Origin: Bilabrum cf. latius
Taxonomy: Eukaryota
Length of the DNA stretch: 64,000 nucleotides
Assembly (NCBI GenBank): GCA_965178125.1
Contig: OZ237775.1
Location: 62,001 to 126,000 of the forward strand
Reading direction: 5' to 3'
Both the position numbers and the translations under genes were made by a program. The notes below the pieces were generated by a model. That model searched no databases. It was not told the DNA's origin and was given only the letters and a program-made list of their open reading frames with translations. Shown one piece after another: positions 23,146-36,473 of the stretch (position 1 is the stretch's first letter; each line of letters opens with the position of its first letter).

Positions 23146-26100
23146 TCAACCGGTCACGAAAGCATAGGTCCCCTTGCCTCCTTCCACCATGCTCCTCGCC
23201 CGCTCGCTCCCTACCACGCGGCCCAGCGCAGCCTCCTCTTGCGGGCAGAACCCCACAACGGCGCTCGCGGGCTGCCTGGATGCAGCCACCTCCTCCTCTG
23301 CCGCCCGCAGCGCGCCCTGAGAGGGCCCCTTAGCCCCTTGTTCCTTGGCCGCCTTCGCCCTCGCCCTCAGCCTCGCCAGCCGCCGTGCCGCCGCCGCCTC
23401 CCACTCGGCCGATGCGTTGACCATTTCCGGGAGCAGCCCCGCGTGCTGGGGCACACCGAGGAACACCCAGTGCCGCACCCCCGGGATGCTCTCCCTCCTC
23501 AGCGCGTGGAACCTCTCAGTCATGAGCACCAGAGGGGTGCGGCCCTCGGGCAACAGCTGCTTCGTCCTAGCAGCATCCTGGTCGTCTGCGTACTCGGACA
23601 GCTGCGCGTAATCCAGCTCCGATGCGCCCTCCCCCTCCATGCCCATGCCGCCTGCACTCCCGTCGCCCCCCTGCCCGTCCAGAAGGTTCCTCGCCCTCAC
23701 GTAGTCGAAGTAGTGGGGCACAACGATGCCCACGTGCCGACGCACGTCCTCGCCCTCGGGGGCCTGCGCCCGCAGCCGAGGCAGCAGCACGTCACGCAGG
23801 AAGGCCAGCCGGGCATCCGTGACCTCCCCTGCCTTGCGGGCGGGCAGCCGCTGGAACACCACCCTGAGCCCGAGCGAGGGCGAGATCCGCTCCAGCACGC
23901 CGGGGTAGTCCGCCGCCCAGTGGGACCGGCCCGCCACGCACCTGGCGTGCTGCCTGAACAGAGCGCTCAGCTCCGGTTCCTCCCTCCCGCACGTGACGAT
24001 CAGCTGCCTGAAGTGCCTCGATAGGCCGTCCAGGTCCCTCCGCCTCACTCGCGTGAAGTCCACCCCCGCTGGGTGGGAAGGCCTCTGGTTCAGCGCGCCC
24101 AGCACTGCCTGCAGATTCTCGGGGTTCTGCGCCACCAAAGCGTCCCCTCGATCCATCCACACCACCTCAATGGAGGAAAGGGCGTCTTTGGCTGCTGTGG
24201 CGGCCGATACGGCTGCTTTCTTTGCCAGCGCCCGCTTGCGAGCCAGTGCCGCCCGCTTGCTACCCCCCATGTCCTCGTCCTCGTCCTCCTACTTGCCCCC
24301 GTCCCTGCCACTCCCCCCTGGCCCGCTGGAAGTCTGTCCCTCCAGCACGAGCCTCAGTCCCAGCGGACTGGCCACCACGATGTCAGCCCTCTCCAGGCCC
24401 ACGAAGAACCGAAGCCCCTTCCTGGCCACCTGCACGCCCAGCTTGAAGTCCTCGTCGCGATTGCCCTGGAACTCCTCCCGCGCGTCTCGAGGCGGCAGCT
24501 GAGGGGTCTGCTGCCCCCGGCGCTTGCCTTTGCTCTTGGCAAGCGCCCTCAGTCTCTCCTCCTCCCTCTGGAGGGCCCCCATGGCCACTTGCTCCTCCTC
24601 TTCCGCCGCCTCCAGCACAGCCCCGGGGTCCTGAGGGGCCCAGTCGTCAGCGCACCTCCGGGACAGGCGGTGGTGCGGCATGCCCTCCACGGGGCAATCC
24701 GAGTCGGAGAACCTGTCCATCACCGCAGCCATCGAGTGCACCACCCGGCCGCACCCATGCCCCAGCAGATCTGCCAGCTGCCGCAGCACCCTCAGCGCCC
24801 TTGCCCTCGATGGGCACAGCAGCAGCACTCGAGGTCGAGAGAAGCCTTGGTCTTGCAGGTCTTCGGCGTCATCTGCCGTGGCGCTGTCACCGGAGAGGCC
24901 GGTAGAGCCAGCGGTCGATTCTAGCCTTCGAGCCGCCTCGGCTGCCTCTAACAGCGACTTGGGCTGGTGCTGTGCAGCGGATGAGGAGGAAGAAGAGGAT
25001 GACGACGAAGATGATCCGCCCTCGGGTCTGCGAGTGGAAGCTGCCTCCTTACCGTCTGCTTCAGGCACAGGCTGATCGGTTCCTTGGCCTGCCTCTGCCT
25101 CTGCCTAAGCCTAGGCCTCCTGCTCGAGCCGCATCAGCAATGGTACTTCTCCTGCTTTAACCCCGGCTTCTCCGTCCGATCCATCCCTCGCCGCTTTAGC
25201 CACCTCGGCGGATTTGGCCATTCTAGCCTGCGCCGCTGCTCTTCTCCTCCTCCCGTTCTCCAGCACCAGCGCCCTCGCCCTCTCCACGTGCTGGGCCACG
25301 TGCAGCAGGACGGTCGCTCGCACGGCTCGATCCGTGTCCCAATCCCACATGGGGAACAGCGTGTCTCGGTACTGCGCCAGCTCGGGGAGAAGTCTCTGCT
25401 GCAGGGGCAGCAGGGGGGCCACGGGTCCATCCCTTTCCCCACCCTGTTCCTGTCCCTGTTCCTCCCTGCCTCTCTTGCGCCCCGGGCCGCCCTCGCCAAC
25501 TTCCTGTCCACGCGTGTCCTGCCCCTCCCGCTCCTGCTTTCTGCCCCCTCTCTTCTTCTTCTTCTTCTTTCTAGCAGCGCTCACGCCGGCCGCCACCTCC
25601 GCCTCGATCGGGTCCTGCCCCACGCACCGAGCCCACGCGCTGGCCACCCGGGGGGGACACCCGAAGGTCTGCTGCAGGTCCACCTGCACCACCCCGCGGG
25701 CTCGCCGCAGCTTCCCGTCCCTGGGGGCGTGTGACGAGTTCGTATTAGTTCCCTCGGACCCCTCCACCCTGGCCCTTTTCTTGGATCCATTCCCCGCTCG
25801 GCCCCCGTCCTCCCTGCCCTGGGAGCTGCCCGCCCCCGCGCCATGCTCGATCGCAGCCGCCCACGCACCCATGTCCCAGGCCCCCGAGTGCGCCACACGG
25901 AGCTTCGAGGGAACACCGGCCCCGCAAGCGCCCGAGGGACCCACCACGTCCTCCCCACTTATCTTCAGCCTGGACACCTTCTCCTTTCGCAGCGCCCGCA
26001 TGCGCCCGAGCACTTGCTCCGCGCTCGCCCCCGCCGTGTCGCGAGAGGCGAACAACCGGTGGAAGCCGTCCACCTCGCCGCGCCACTCGGCCAGGGACCC

Positions 26101-26634
26101 GGGGGGCAGAAGCCCGCTGCCGAGCACTGCATCGTGCTTTGTACCTGGCTAAGCGCCCGACCCCGCTCCACTGCTGGCACCCGCCCCGCTGGCTTCCTCC
26201 CCCTCGTCTCCGCTGCTGCGTCCACCCTCTGCGTCCTCGTCCTCGTCCTCGTCGCTATGGCTCTCTGAACCCGAAGTCTCGGCACTATCGTATTGCATCT
26301 CGTCTTCATCGCTGCTCGCCTCTTCCCACATAACTTCCTCTTCGGCCATCCGTTCCTAGTCGTCCTCCGCTATACCGTCGCGAGCCCCTAGCACATCCAG
26401 AAGCGCCTGGTACGCAGCTGGTGACTCTTCCGACTCACCCAAGGAATCTACCACCGCTGCGCCCCCTCTTGCTTTGATTACCGTGCCCTACGCAAGAGAT
26501 GCTGCCGAGCTACGGACTTTACCTGCAACACCCTCATCAACCCGACCCATCTGGGCCCGCGCAGCCTCCATCGAAGGGATGAGGCGCGCCTATTCTCTAA
26601 CTCTTTGCCTAGACCTGCTACCTCGTTTTGGCAT
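23146..26634 (-). CDS. UTP25: U3 snoRNA-associated protein 25 (DIEXF/DUF1253); seven in-frame TAGs (26590, 26488, 26356, 26149, 25111, 25105, 24289)
   Basis: Motifs AYQALL, DQGFSRPRVLLLCP, FQGNRDEDFKLG, ADIVVASPLGLR, VPHYFDYVRARN, SEY and LMTERFH. One frame runs to TGA. Confidence 0.88.
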
Positions 26635-26801
26635 GGCGCAAATATTCCAGGATTTGGTGTAAGTACCCCCTTGAGGCACATGAGCTGGAACGGCTCCGAA
26701 TCTCGGGAAAATAAAAAACCAACTTGACCCTGTTTACACGAATCGTACGCATTTGGATTATTTTAACGCAATGATTGTTAGAGCAAAACTATAAATAGGA
26801 C

Positions 26802-28903
26802 ATGAAGCGGGAACGGGATACTTCAAATCCGTACTTGAAGCACAGGTCAGGCTCGTCAAAGAAGTCTGAATTTCGATTTGATTCGGGCGACGGGTCCTTT
26901 CCTCATCTAAAGAAGGCTCGCGTAGTAGCATCGTCACAAGTAGCATATGAACTACCACTTTCCAGTGCCGCTGGTAGGGACGACCTTGAAGGCGTGCAAG
27001 CATCGCAAGCGGAGCTACTGCAATTCAGAGACGAACCTATTGCGCTTTCGTTGCTTTGTGGCGCTCGAGAAGTAGCATCTATACGTGTTCCCCACGGAAA
27101 AGAAAGGTTTGCTTCGCTACCACCAATCCACCGGGTCGGATCAGCTGAGAGTGCTTCATCTCGACCGGCTCGAACCGTTCGAGACCGGGCCGCTGCTCTG
27201 CTCGCTGCACGGCAGGAGGCAGCGGGACTCGAGCAGCTTCCAGAACAAGAATTCAGAGGCCTTCGCATCATAGGCCACCGCGCCAAGGTGCTTCCGTGGG
27301 GCCCGGACGGCGCTGACCAGGAGCAGGGCGATGGCCTGGTCCCTCTGTCGCTGTCATCAGGTGCAGCTGCCAGTGCTGACTCTGTTGGTGCTGCAGAGGG
27401 TCAGGCGCTAGCAGGGGCACAAAGGGGAACGCATACATCTATTCTTAGCAGTGCAAGCTCTGCATCTACTAGTGGGGGAGATTTGATGGAGCAGTCATTC
27501 AGGGTTGGCGCCGCAGTAGGCCGAGTGCGTTAGGGTGCAGTGCACGGTGGTGCACGGCGGGGCAAAGGGCAGGAAAGATCCGGCACACCAGGAAGAGAAA
27601 CGCACTCGTAGTGGGTGAGCAGGTTTGACGTTCGGCTGGCACTGGCCGAGGGCACTATGCGGTGGGGGTGGGAGGAGGAGGAGGAGGAGGAGGAGGAGGA
27701 TAGTGGCCGTGGTGCTTCTGCCGCTGCCTTGGATGTGCATGCGCAGGGAGGTCCAGACGAGAACCAAGGCGTCCATGATACCCTTCTATAGGCAGCAAGG
27801 TCAGTGGGGCCTGGAACGAGTCCAAGCAGGCTGTTGTGGGAAGAGCGGTACGGTGCGAGGGCAGTGCACAGAGTGATGGTGCAGGAGGACGAGGAGGATG
27901 AGGCTGGGGGGCACAGCAGCAGCAACGCGCTAGATGGAAGAGATGTCCCGTAGCCAATCGCTGTCGAGCAGAAGGGGCAGTTGGGTGCACCCGCTGGGGC
28001 GCAGGGGGGCGCGATAGAGCGGAGCATCGCGCTCGCACTCCAGGCGGCCGCGACGCGGCAGCAGGTGCGGGACATGGCGGACGCCAAGGGAAAGGGACAA
28101 GGCGTGGGCTTCGTGAGTCGGGTGCAAGCCTCACTCGATCGGAGCATGGCCGGATGGGTGCTTGGGGCCGGCTGGCACGAGATCGAAGGGGACGGCTGTG
28201 GAGATGCAGATGGAAATGGGACCGCGGCATTTGGGTGCAGTCGTGGTGACACTGCGTCTCCTGGATGGAGGTGGGTGGCGGCAGATTCACCAGAGGTCAT
28301 ACAGGGGGACTCGGGCGGATCGCCTTTCAATGGATCCGGCTCTGTACCCAGGCTGGCGGCTCGGATGGAGCAGGAGGCATTGGGACTGCTGGGGCTTGAA
28401 TAGAGTGGGAAAGGGGGGGATGGCCCTGTGTCAATTGCGGGCGAAGAGCCGGGTGGTGAGCTGGTGCCTGTGCTGGGAGGTGGCAGCAGTGCTCTTTCAG
28501 CCATAGGGGGCACTAAGGGGGCAAGGAGACCCATGGTGAGCGTGACTGCAGGTGGCAGACAGAGTGGTACCGGTGACCTAGGCAAGGAAGTGGATACAAC
28601 TGAAGAGGCTGGACTGAATGCTTCAAATGAAGCAGGAAAGACGGCCATCGGCCTCGAAGGCGGCTCAGCCCTGCCCATGGCGGATGCTCGACAGCCGGGT
28701 GCTAGCCGCATATCGCTGCTGCAGTATGGCAGTGACTCATCGAGTGACGAAGATGAAGACGAAGAGGCGAATGAGTAGGAAGCGGGTCGCGAGGAGTGTA
28801 AAGGAAGCCTACGGACGGGAGCCGTCGCAGCTAGAGCGACACAGGCAAGCAGCAGTGATGGCAGCAATGATGCAATGACACCCCCCAGCCATGCAGCAAT
28901 CGC

Positions 28904-28935
<32 letters not shown>

Positions 28936-30260
28936 AGAGGGCACCAAGTCTGCTGACCGATGTGCCACCTGTGTCCCCAGCTGGAATGCGCCCCACACCC
29001 CTGCAGCTGGATGCAATGCTCAAGGTGCTGCAGGCGGCGAGTGGGGCTGCGGCGGCAGAGGCGGTGCGGCAGGTGCATGGTGCCGCGGTGCAAGGCGGGC
29101 AGATGCAGGGGATCCGGGCCGCGCAAGAGGCAGCGGATGAGGCAACCCGGCGGCTGCTTGTGAGCCAGCTGGCTTTGAATTCGAACCAGGGAGGGTCAAA
29201 TCCTGGCCCGCAGGACGCATTGCCAGGATCCACAGGCAATGGGTTGCACCTTGATGGCGGTGATCTGGCCCACAATCTGGTGCTTGCCCAGCTGCGTTCA
29301 AAGCATGCCAGCGATCCATCCCCCGCCCTGGGTTTCCTGCAGGGGTGGCATCCGCTGGCAGGCTACTTCGAGTGGGTGCTGCGTACGGCGAGGTGGGTGC
29401 AGAGGACAGCCAGGGCTAGAGCAAGAGCGAAGGCAAGGGGAAAGGGAGAAGGAGAAGGAGTGGCTGGACTCGAGCAGCAGCGGTCGGAGGGGAGCAGTAG
29501 CGGCAGAGGTAGGGAGGGGCAGCACTCGTCCCGCACCAGCACAGATCTACTATCGTCTGCTCGCTCGCCGTCGAGTGGCACACGCACTGGTCCATTGACC
29601 GCTCGCCCAGCTGGTCCTCAGGTGCGGTGGCCGGGAGGGCAGCCTTACTTCACTCAGACCCAGACCCAGACCCAGACCCAGATCCAGACCCAGACCCAGA
29701 CCCAGACCCAGACCCAGACCCAGACGGCCTCTTCGCCTACTCTTTAGAGCGGGGCCAGCAGCCTCAGTCGACTTGGGGAAGACGCGCTGGGTGACGATGG
29801 ACCTGCACTTGCGGCTCGCATCCGGGCGAGGAGGCGGTCGAGGGGCCTGCCAGTGGGTGCATTGCAAGGTGGTGTAGGCAGGACAGCTGCGGGACGTGGC
29901 AATGCCTTGCCTCGGCCGCGGGCTGGGGCTGGATCGGTCGTTGGTCGAGGGGCAGAGGCACCGGGGGGGCAAGGAATGAAACAGGGCGTCATTGGCAGTG
30001 CCAGTTGCAATCTCGATGCTCCAAGTGCAGGCTGCAGCGACAACAGAAGCAGCAGAAGCAGCAGAAGCAGCAGCGTGCAGGCCCAGTCCCATGCCCCAGC
30101 GAGGGCGGGGCCCAGCGAGGCGGCGCGGGCGCAGGCAGAGCGAGCGCGCCGGGGACCCTCAAAGCAGGTGCTTGAGCGGGCGAGGGCCAGGGCGAAGATG
30201 GCCACAATGGACTGGAAGCAGAGCGCTAGCCTAGAGGCCTTTAGGAAGAGCACCATGTGA
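26802..30260 (+). CDS. SFSWAP (suppressor of white-apricot)-like splicing factor with DRY_EERY and SURP-like motifs; seven TAGs (27531, 27609, 27789, 27951, 28401, 28776, 29745)
   Basis: Five track ORFs share one frame, broken only by TAG. LRIIGHRAKV..DQEQGDGLVP, SRFDVRL and WEERY are DRY_EERY-like, and LGFLQGWHPLAGYFEWV is SURP-like. Ends in TGA. Confidence 0.68.
29655..29724 (+). repeat. (CAGACC)n microsatellite encoding a Gln-Thr run
   Basis: Directly visible. Confidence 0.95.
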
Positions 30261-30545
30261 AGCAACCACGTTTCCGGGTTGGTCGGGGGGCGAGGCGTGC
30301 TGACCAGCGCATTCTCTCCAACTTGGCCAGGTACTTTGACGAAGCCTCCGCAAACTATCACCAGGAAAGTTATCGGACATATATTTGCTGAGATATTTCA
30401 ATCGCATTGCGTGGAAACCGATAGCAGATCCGTGTATTGCGCAGATTGCATTGCTGCGAAACGCCGACGTGGTGAAACTGCGTCTCTTCTCGCTTCGCTT
30501 TACAAGTATCGGACACGGCCAGTGCTTTTATTTTAACTTAACATA

Positions 30546-31943
30546 ATGTTTAGGTTTAGAAATAGTCTTTCAGGGGCGCTGAACCTGTCCCGGGGCCATT
30601 CCTCACGCGCTGACGTACGCGGGCTTGCCTCTGCTGCAGCCGCTAGCCGAGCAACGAGGCTGTCTTCTTTGCACTACATGTGTCCCACGTAGGACAGTAT
30701 GCGAGATGGAAGCAGGTACCTGGGTGACGTTTTGGGTTTGCGATAGCTGTGGGGCCCGTCCGAGGTGAGCCCAGGCGCAAAATTTGCCGAGGCTGGGTGC
30801 AGCACGGCAGAATCTGCCGCGTTCTTAGCTGAGGATGGTACAAAAATCGAGCTTGCTCATATACCGGGCGTAAATGCAGCATCGCGAAACAAGTCGATCA
30901 AGAGACCGGTGCGACTGGTGGCCCTAGGGCTCGGCCCCTCGGGTGAGCAGCACGCCGCCAGCCCTCCCACGCTGGGCTCCCGCCGAGTGCTGGAGGCATG
31001 GCTGCCGGAGGGCTGGATGGCTTGGGCCACCAGACGCATTGCATTGCAGCGGCTGGCAGGCGGCATCGGCTGCCACCCCGCCCTGGTGCCAGAGTCCTGG
31101 CTGGCAGCGCCCGGGGGCTTGACCGAGCAGGAGCGGGAGCAGATCATGGCCGCTGGCTGCCTGCAGGGATACCCATGTGACGAGTGGGACCCATCTCAGG
31201 TCTAGAAGGGCGGTGCATTCCACGAAAATGAAGGCTGCCACACCTCTGGGATAGCTAGCGGCGTGAAGGAGGTGGTGCTTGGGCAGGAGGGCGAGGCGCT
31301 GGGGGGGGCACTGAGGGTGCTGCAGGCACAGGGGGGCGCGCGGGTCAAGCGGTCCCCGAACGTGTGGGAGATGCCCGGGGGTGGGCCTGCCCTGCGGGTG
31401 CACCCGTCCAGGTACAGCGCACTGGTGATGAGGGCGAGGACAGGGGCTGAAGCAGGCACGAGAGAAGAGCAGGAGGATGAGGAGGAGGAGCAAGTGCAGT
31501 GGCGCGGGCCCGAGGATTGGGCCCGTGTGGTGGGAGAGAGAGCGAGGGGGGCAGGAGGATCGCTGGGGGAAGGATCGATCGCGAAGGTGTATGGGGCCAG
31601 GGCGGGTGTGGCTGGGATGCACAGGGGGGGCGCCGCTGCTGCTAGTGCCAGGGGGCGGGGGAGGGGGGGGCATGCGCGGGACTCACTGACGGCCGCAGCG
31701 GAGGGTCACGTGCAGCTGCAGACGGAGGCGCTGCCCGGGCTGGACATGAGGCTGTGCGGGAGGGACGCGTATGATCCAGGTTTCTGCGAGTGTGCCGAGG
31801 CGTTCGATGCTGACGTGGATCCGGAGCTGAATCCCAGCGCAGATGACCCGATCAAGAACTACTCCCTGTCGTGCGAGTCCGTGGTGGGGATGCAGATCAA
31901 GGCGGCCATCAGGGGGAGGCTTAGGTTCTTGCAGTTGTTGTAA
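30546..31943 (+). CDS. Hypothetical protein, possibly VOC/glyoxalase-like, with a presequence-like N-terminus; TAG at 30690, 30744 and 31203
   Basis: The frame is open from MFRFRNSLSGALNLSRG to TAA. YLGDVLGL...DGTKIEL resembles a VOC beta-alpha-beta-beta-beta module, but only weakly. Confidence 0.5.
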
Positions 31944-32503
31944 CCAAACTTAGAGTGAAGTGCAAGCGCTGTGGTTTACTATTTGCTTGTACAGCAGGCT
32001 ATGGTTGCGCTGCTGACGTGTTGCCGGGGACGATACCAGAACCTTGGCCGAACTGATATGGCCGTGCGCCACATGGAGTATAAAGACAATCGCTTGCATC
32101 ACTCAGAGTGAATGAAAAATATATAAACTCCGATGCATGGCTTCCTGATCCTTGCGGACCTGCGGGTGGGTCCCATGGTGGGGAATGGGAAATGTCAGGA
32201 AAGCATGCAGAATTACAAGCAACCGACAATCCAAATTCCTACGCCTATGTGGTTCTGTATTGGACGGGTCGGACGAAAGGCGTACCCCTTTTCAGCACAA
32301 CTGAAAACTGAGCTGGCTGTCACTTGCGCCGGAGCACGGATCCGATCGGATCAGCCAAGATCACTGGACAAAACCCGCTAGGGTCAAGAATCCGTCATTC
32401 ACAGTCAACGCTAGGAAACAGTGGGCGCCTTGTAGTTATATTGCTTCCCTTTCTATCCTGCTGCGAATACCAAAAAGGAAAACCACAAGTGCCCTTGAGT
32501 TCG

Positions 32504-35500
32504 ATGCAGAAGCCTGCACTGTTTGGAGCTACTCCAGACTCCTACTCAGATCAAGCGGGCAGGGTCCTTGAAGCTTGGTAGGAGGGACCATGGGAGGGCA
32601 ACATAGATATTCCGAGCAAAGGAACGGCTGGATTTGACCTGTGCGGGGTGTGTGGTCGCGATGGGTGCTGCAAGTGTTGCTGGAACAGTCGAGTCCCCTG
32701 CTGCGGCTCGTTCTCGTTTGGAAGATGCTTTCGAGGCTGCAGGTCTTGCGTAGTGCTTGATTTCGTCTTCAACGGGCACGAGTCGAGGGCGCTTGCCGTG
32801 GCTGTCTGCTTTCACTACATGTTCATGCAGCTACTACTTCTTGTGGCGCTTCGGAATGAGGGATTATTCTGCAGCGAGGCAATCGGACAACAGCCCTCCA
32901 TTGCTTTGCACCTAGTGGCCGCAGCATTCTTCGCTCTCATCGTGCAAGCCACTAGCAATTCCCTCTGGGCCCACCCACGCCTGCTGTGGAGCGGCGTGGG
33001 GCTGCTGTTCGCCTACCTCGGTGTGCACGAATGGATCCGCATCGAGGCCAGCTACTGCTACGGTGGCCCGCTGGTGATGAAGAAACACCCCGTCCAGGTG
33101 ACGTTGGGTACCCTGACTCTGTGCTCCTGGCTGGCAGTGGGCCTCCTCACCCTCACAGCAGCTGTGAGGACTCTCGTGATGGCCCTGGACGACTCGTGCA
33201 TGGGTGGAAAAGGACTGCTGGCATCGCGGAGGTACCACGCAGCGGTTGCGGGGGAGCGGCTCCGCAGCTGGAGGCGCGGGTATGTGCCCACGCTGTGCTG
33301 CGACTGCAACTGCGGGTGTCCGGGCGGCGACGCCATCACTGAGGGACCAAGGGAGCGCGAGGACGAGGACAAGAACAAGTCGGGGAGCGGCGGGCCGCGG
33401 GTGCTGGCAGATGTGGGTTCCTCTCTTTCCATCAACAGCGAGGGCGGCAGCATGGATATCCCCAGCGGCCTGGTGAATGTGAGCGTGCCCATGTCATGCT
33501 GGGAGCGGACCGTCACCGTGGTGGACAGCGAGGGCTGGAGGTGCGCTCGGCCCGGGCCGCTGGACCGCTGTCTCCCCGCCCGGCTCGGTGTGGCCGTAGG
33601 CGCAACGATTTTCGCGGCCGTGCTGCTGGGCGTGCTTCCGCTTGTGTACGAGTTCGCCATCATGGAGGGACTGGACGAGAAACTCGAGCAGATCGCCGAT
33701 GCCGTGGCCAGCCAGTTTCTTCCCGTGGGCATGGATGATTCCGGGTCCATAATGGGACAGACGGGATATGACGATGATAGCGACGACACTAGCGCAGGGG
33801 GGGGAGGAAATGCCGATTTGTTGGAACTGGTACACGTGATCTTTCTAGAGGTCCGTAAAATCAACAGGGGGCTGGCCACCAGCCTGTCGGTGGGCGGGAT
33901 CATGGGCATGGTGGTGGGCATCGGGCTGCAGGTGTGGGCGTGCATGCGGTGGGCAGATGCTGTGCGTGGCCTGCTGCTCCGTGGGTATTGCGATGAGAGC
34001 CACAAGGCTGTGCTGAAGGAGCGGGATGCCCTGGAGCTTGGGCACTACAGGGCTGAGAGGGTGCCTGGTGGCTCTGCAGGCCAAGGTGGCTGCTAGTCCG
34101 ATGGATCGAGCCATAGGGTCCATGGGACCATGAAGGAGCGGCCCGGTGCATCGGCTGCTGTCCCGGCCCCGGTGCCAGGTCCTCGCCCTCCCTCCAGCGT
34201 CAGTGTGGTGGGGCACGATGCCAAGAGTGCAGCCTCACAAGAGAGCGGGGATCCTCCCAGGGAACACAGCGAGGTGGACCTGGAGATGGGCCCGCGCACG
34301 AATATGCAGGACCCACACGGACTCAATAGAGCGCGTCGGGTGGCAGCGGCAGGGGTAGTGGCCGAGGCAGCGGCATCAGAAGAACGCGCTGCTTCGCTGC
34401 GGCAGAGACAGGGTCTGCGTGACGATCGTGCCAGTGGACCAGGGAGTGAGGTGGGGGTGGGGCGGCTGGCACGCGGTCTGGCTGATGATAATGACGATGA
34501 CGATCAAGTAGACAGCGAGGGGTTCTGGGCGGCAATCCAGCCGTGGTGCAAGGGGGCCGGTGACTGTGTGCTGGGCGCGGGGCAGGGTGTGCTTGGGTCA
34601 TGTGGCGCGGGGTGCTACAGGTGCCTGTGGGGCTGCTGCTGCTGCTTCGTGTGCTGCCGACTGCTGCTGCCCCCGGTGGACGAGGACTATGTGTCTTGGG
34701 GCAAGGCGGACGAGGCCTCGCGGGCGTGGGTGCGGTGGAGGGGGAAGGTGCTGGAGGGCAGGGCCAGTATTCAGCAGATGACGAGAGAGGAGGACCAAGG
34801 AGATGGAGGGGACGATGGGGAGGTGCGCGTGCGGTCCTGGCTGGGCACAGAGGAGGAGAGGAGGGCGAGGCTGCTGGTGGGGCAGTAGTAGGATCTTGAG
34901 GAGGATGCTGATACCGTACAAGATGCAGTGGGGGCTGGTGCGGGGGGAGGCAAAGGAAGCACTGGTGGGGCAGCTGCTCGTGCCGCTGGATCGGACAGTC
35001 ATGTAACCTTTGTGGTACCTCGCGCGTGGGACAGGGACCATCTGCTGCTGCTGTGCGGGTGCTGCTGCTGCGTGGACTACGCGCGCCGGGACTGCGTGGA
35101 GCTCGGGTGCACCTGCGTGGACAGGCCAAGGAACAGCGAGGGGGCAATGACCAGGGAACACGCCGAGATCGGGAGCAGGAAGCAGGTGCTCGAAGCAGCT
35201 GGTCGCATGGGACAGCACACTCTTCCGTGGGAGTCCTCGAGTGGCGAGTGCAGTGGTGGGCAGGTGTCCGGCACTGCGGGATTGAGCTGGATGCCGCTGC
35301 TGTCAGGAAGCAGCAAGGCCAAGCAGAGGCAGGAGAACGGCAAAGGAAACATGGACGGAGGGACCAAGGAAGGGGCCGCGGAGCCAGACGTCGGGGCCGA
35401 CGTGGAGGTGGCGGTGAAGCGCGTGGTGTTGCCTTCTGGTCTACTGGGGGATGTGCCTCTTGACGCGTACGACTACCACCTGGCCACGTCACTGGTGTCC

Positions 35501-35947
35501 GCTCACGTGGCGTCCAACCTGATTGCCATGGGTGCGGTGATGATCGTGGTGGCAGCTCTCGTGTTCCCCTTCGTGTATGTGAGGACGCGTGCGTCAACGT
35601 TCCGGTGGCTGTTCGGGGTGATCGTTGTGGGAGTGACAAACTGGATCGTGAAGAAGTGCATCTTCCGGGCATGGCTCGTGATGCCCCTGCGACTGAGGAA
35701 CACAAGGGCATTCCTGCTCCTGGAGGGGATGTACTCAATCACTGCGGGCGTACTGGCGGGTCTCGTGAGCGGGTGCCTGCGGATGGCTCAGGTGGTGATG
35801 TGGAGGATCATATAGAGTGCGAGGCTGGACGTGCCGCAGCTGCCGGGGCCACTTCGCACAGCGGATGGGGGTTTCTCAGCATATGCCGCTGCTATGCGTC
35901 TACGCATGTACCGTAATGTGCACCTGCTCGACCACGGGCTTGGTTGA
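32504..35947 (+). CDS. STRA6/RBP-receptor-like multipass membrane protein, copy 1; TAG at 32579, 34094, 34886, 34889 and 35813
   Basis: One frame runs from ATG 32504 to TGA, with many TM helices and Cys-rich tracts. The C-terminal RNTRAFLLL...GLVSGCLRM...RLDVPQLPGPLRTADGGFSAY resembles the STRA6 segment NRRVL...GAMVATWRV...MDLSLLP...LDPGYYTY. Confidence 0.65.
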
Positions 35948-36473
35948 TGGCAACTTGAGGTCGTTGCCTTGCCGTTTGCTCGTTCCTGGTTGATTGACAT
36001 GTACTGATGCATAGTGACAAGTTAAAACTGTAACCTTGGAGAAGTTTAGCAGAATCAGAGTGCGCCACCTCGCTCTCTTGTCGCGTACAGCTGTATAGCA
36101 GCGTCCGAGTTTTATGTGATTGCCGATCCTTTCGATGACGGCATCCGAGCAACATCTTGTGGATAGGCGCACCCGAGGTGCACCACCCTGTGGCATTGTC
36201 CACCGCTGGCGTGTGCAGATGCCAGTGGGCGTCACGCCGGCGGTGTGACTCCGAGGACTCGGCGAGGAGTCCGAAATTCGCCGAACGTTCTCTTTGCACC
36301 ACAGAATTGCACGGATCGGCATTCAAAGCAAAGATCGCTGGACAAAACCCGCCAGGGTCAAGAATCCGTCATTCACAGTCAGTACTAGAATACAGTGGGC
36401 GCTTCATCTAGCTTTCTATTCTACCCTACTGCGAATGCCAAAAGGGAAAACTGCAACTGACCTGCTGAATTCG

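Noticed and set aside
36225-36290. Small hairpins (gtcac...gtgac, ggactc...gagtcc) as a structured ncRNA
   Set aside because: Stems of 5-7 bp are expected by chance at this GC content, and there is no family signature.
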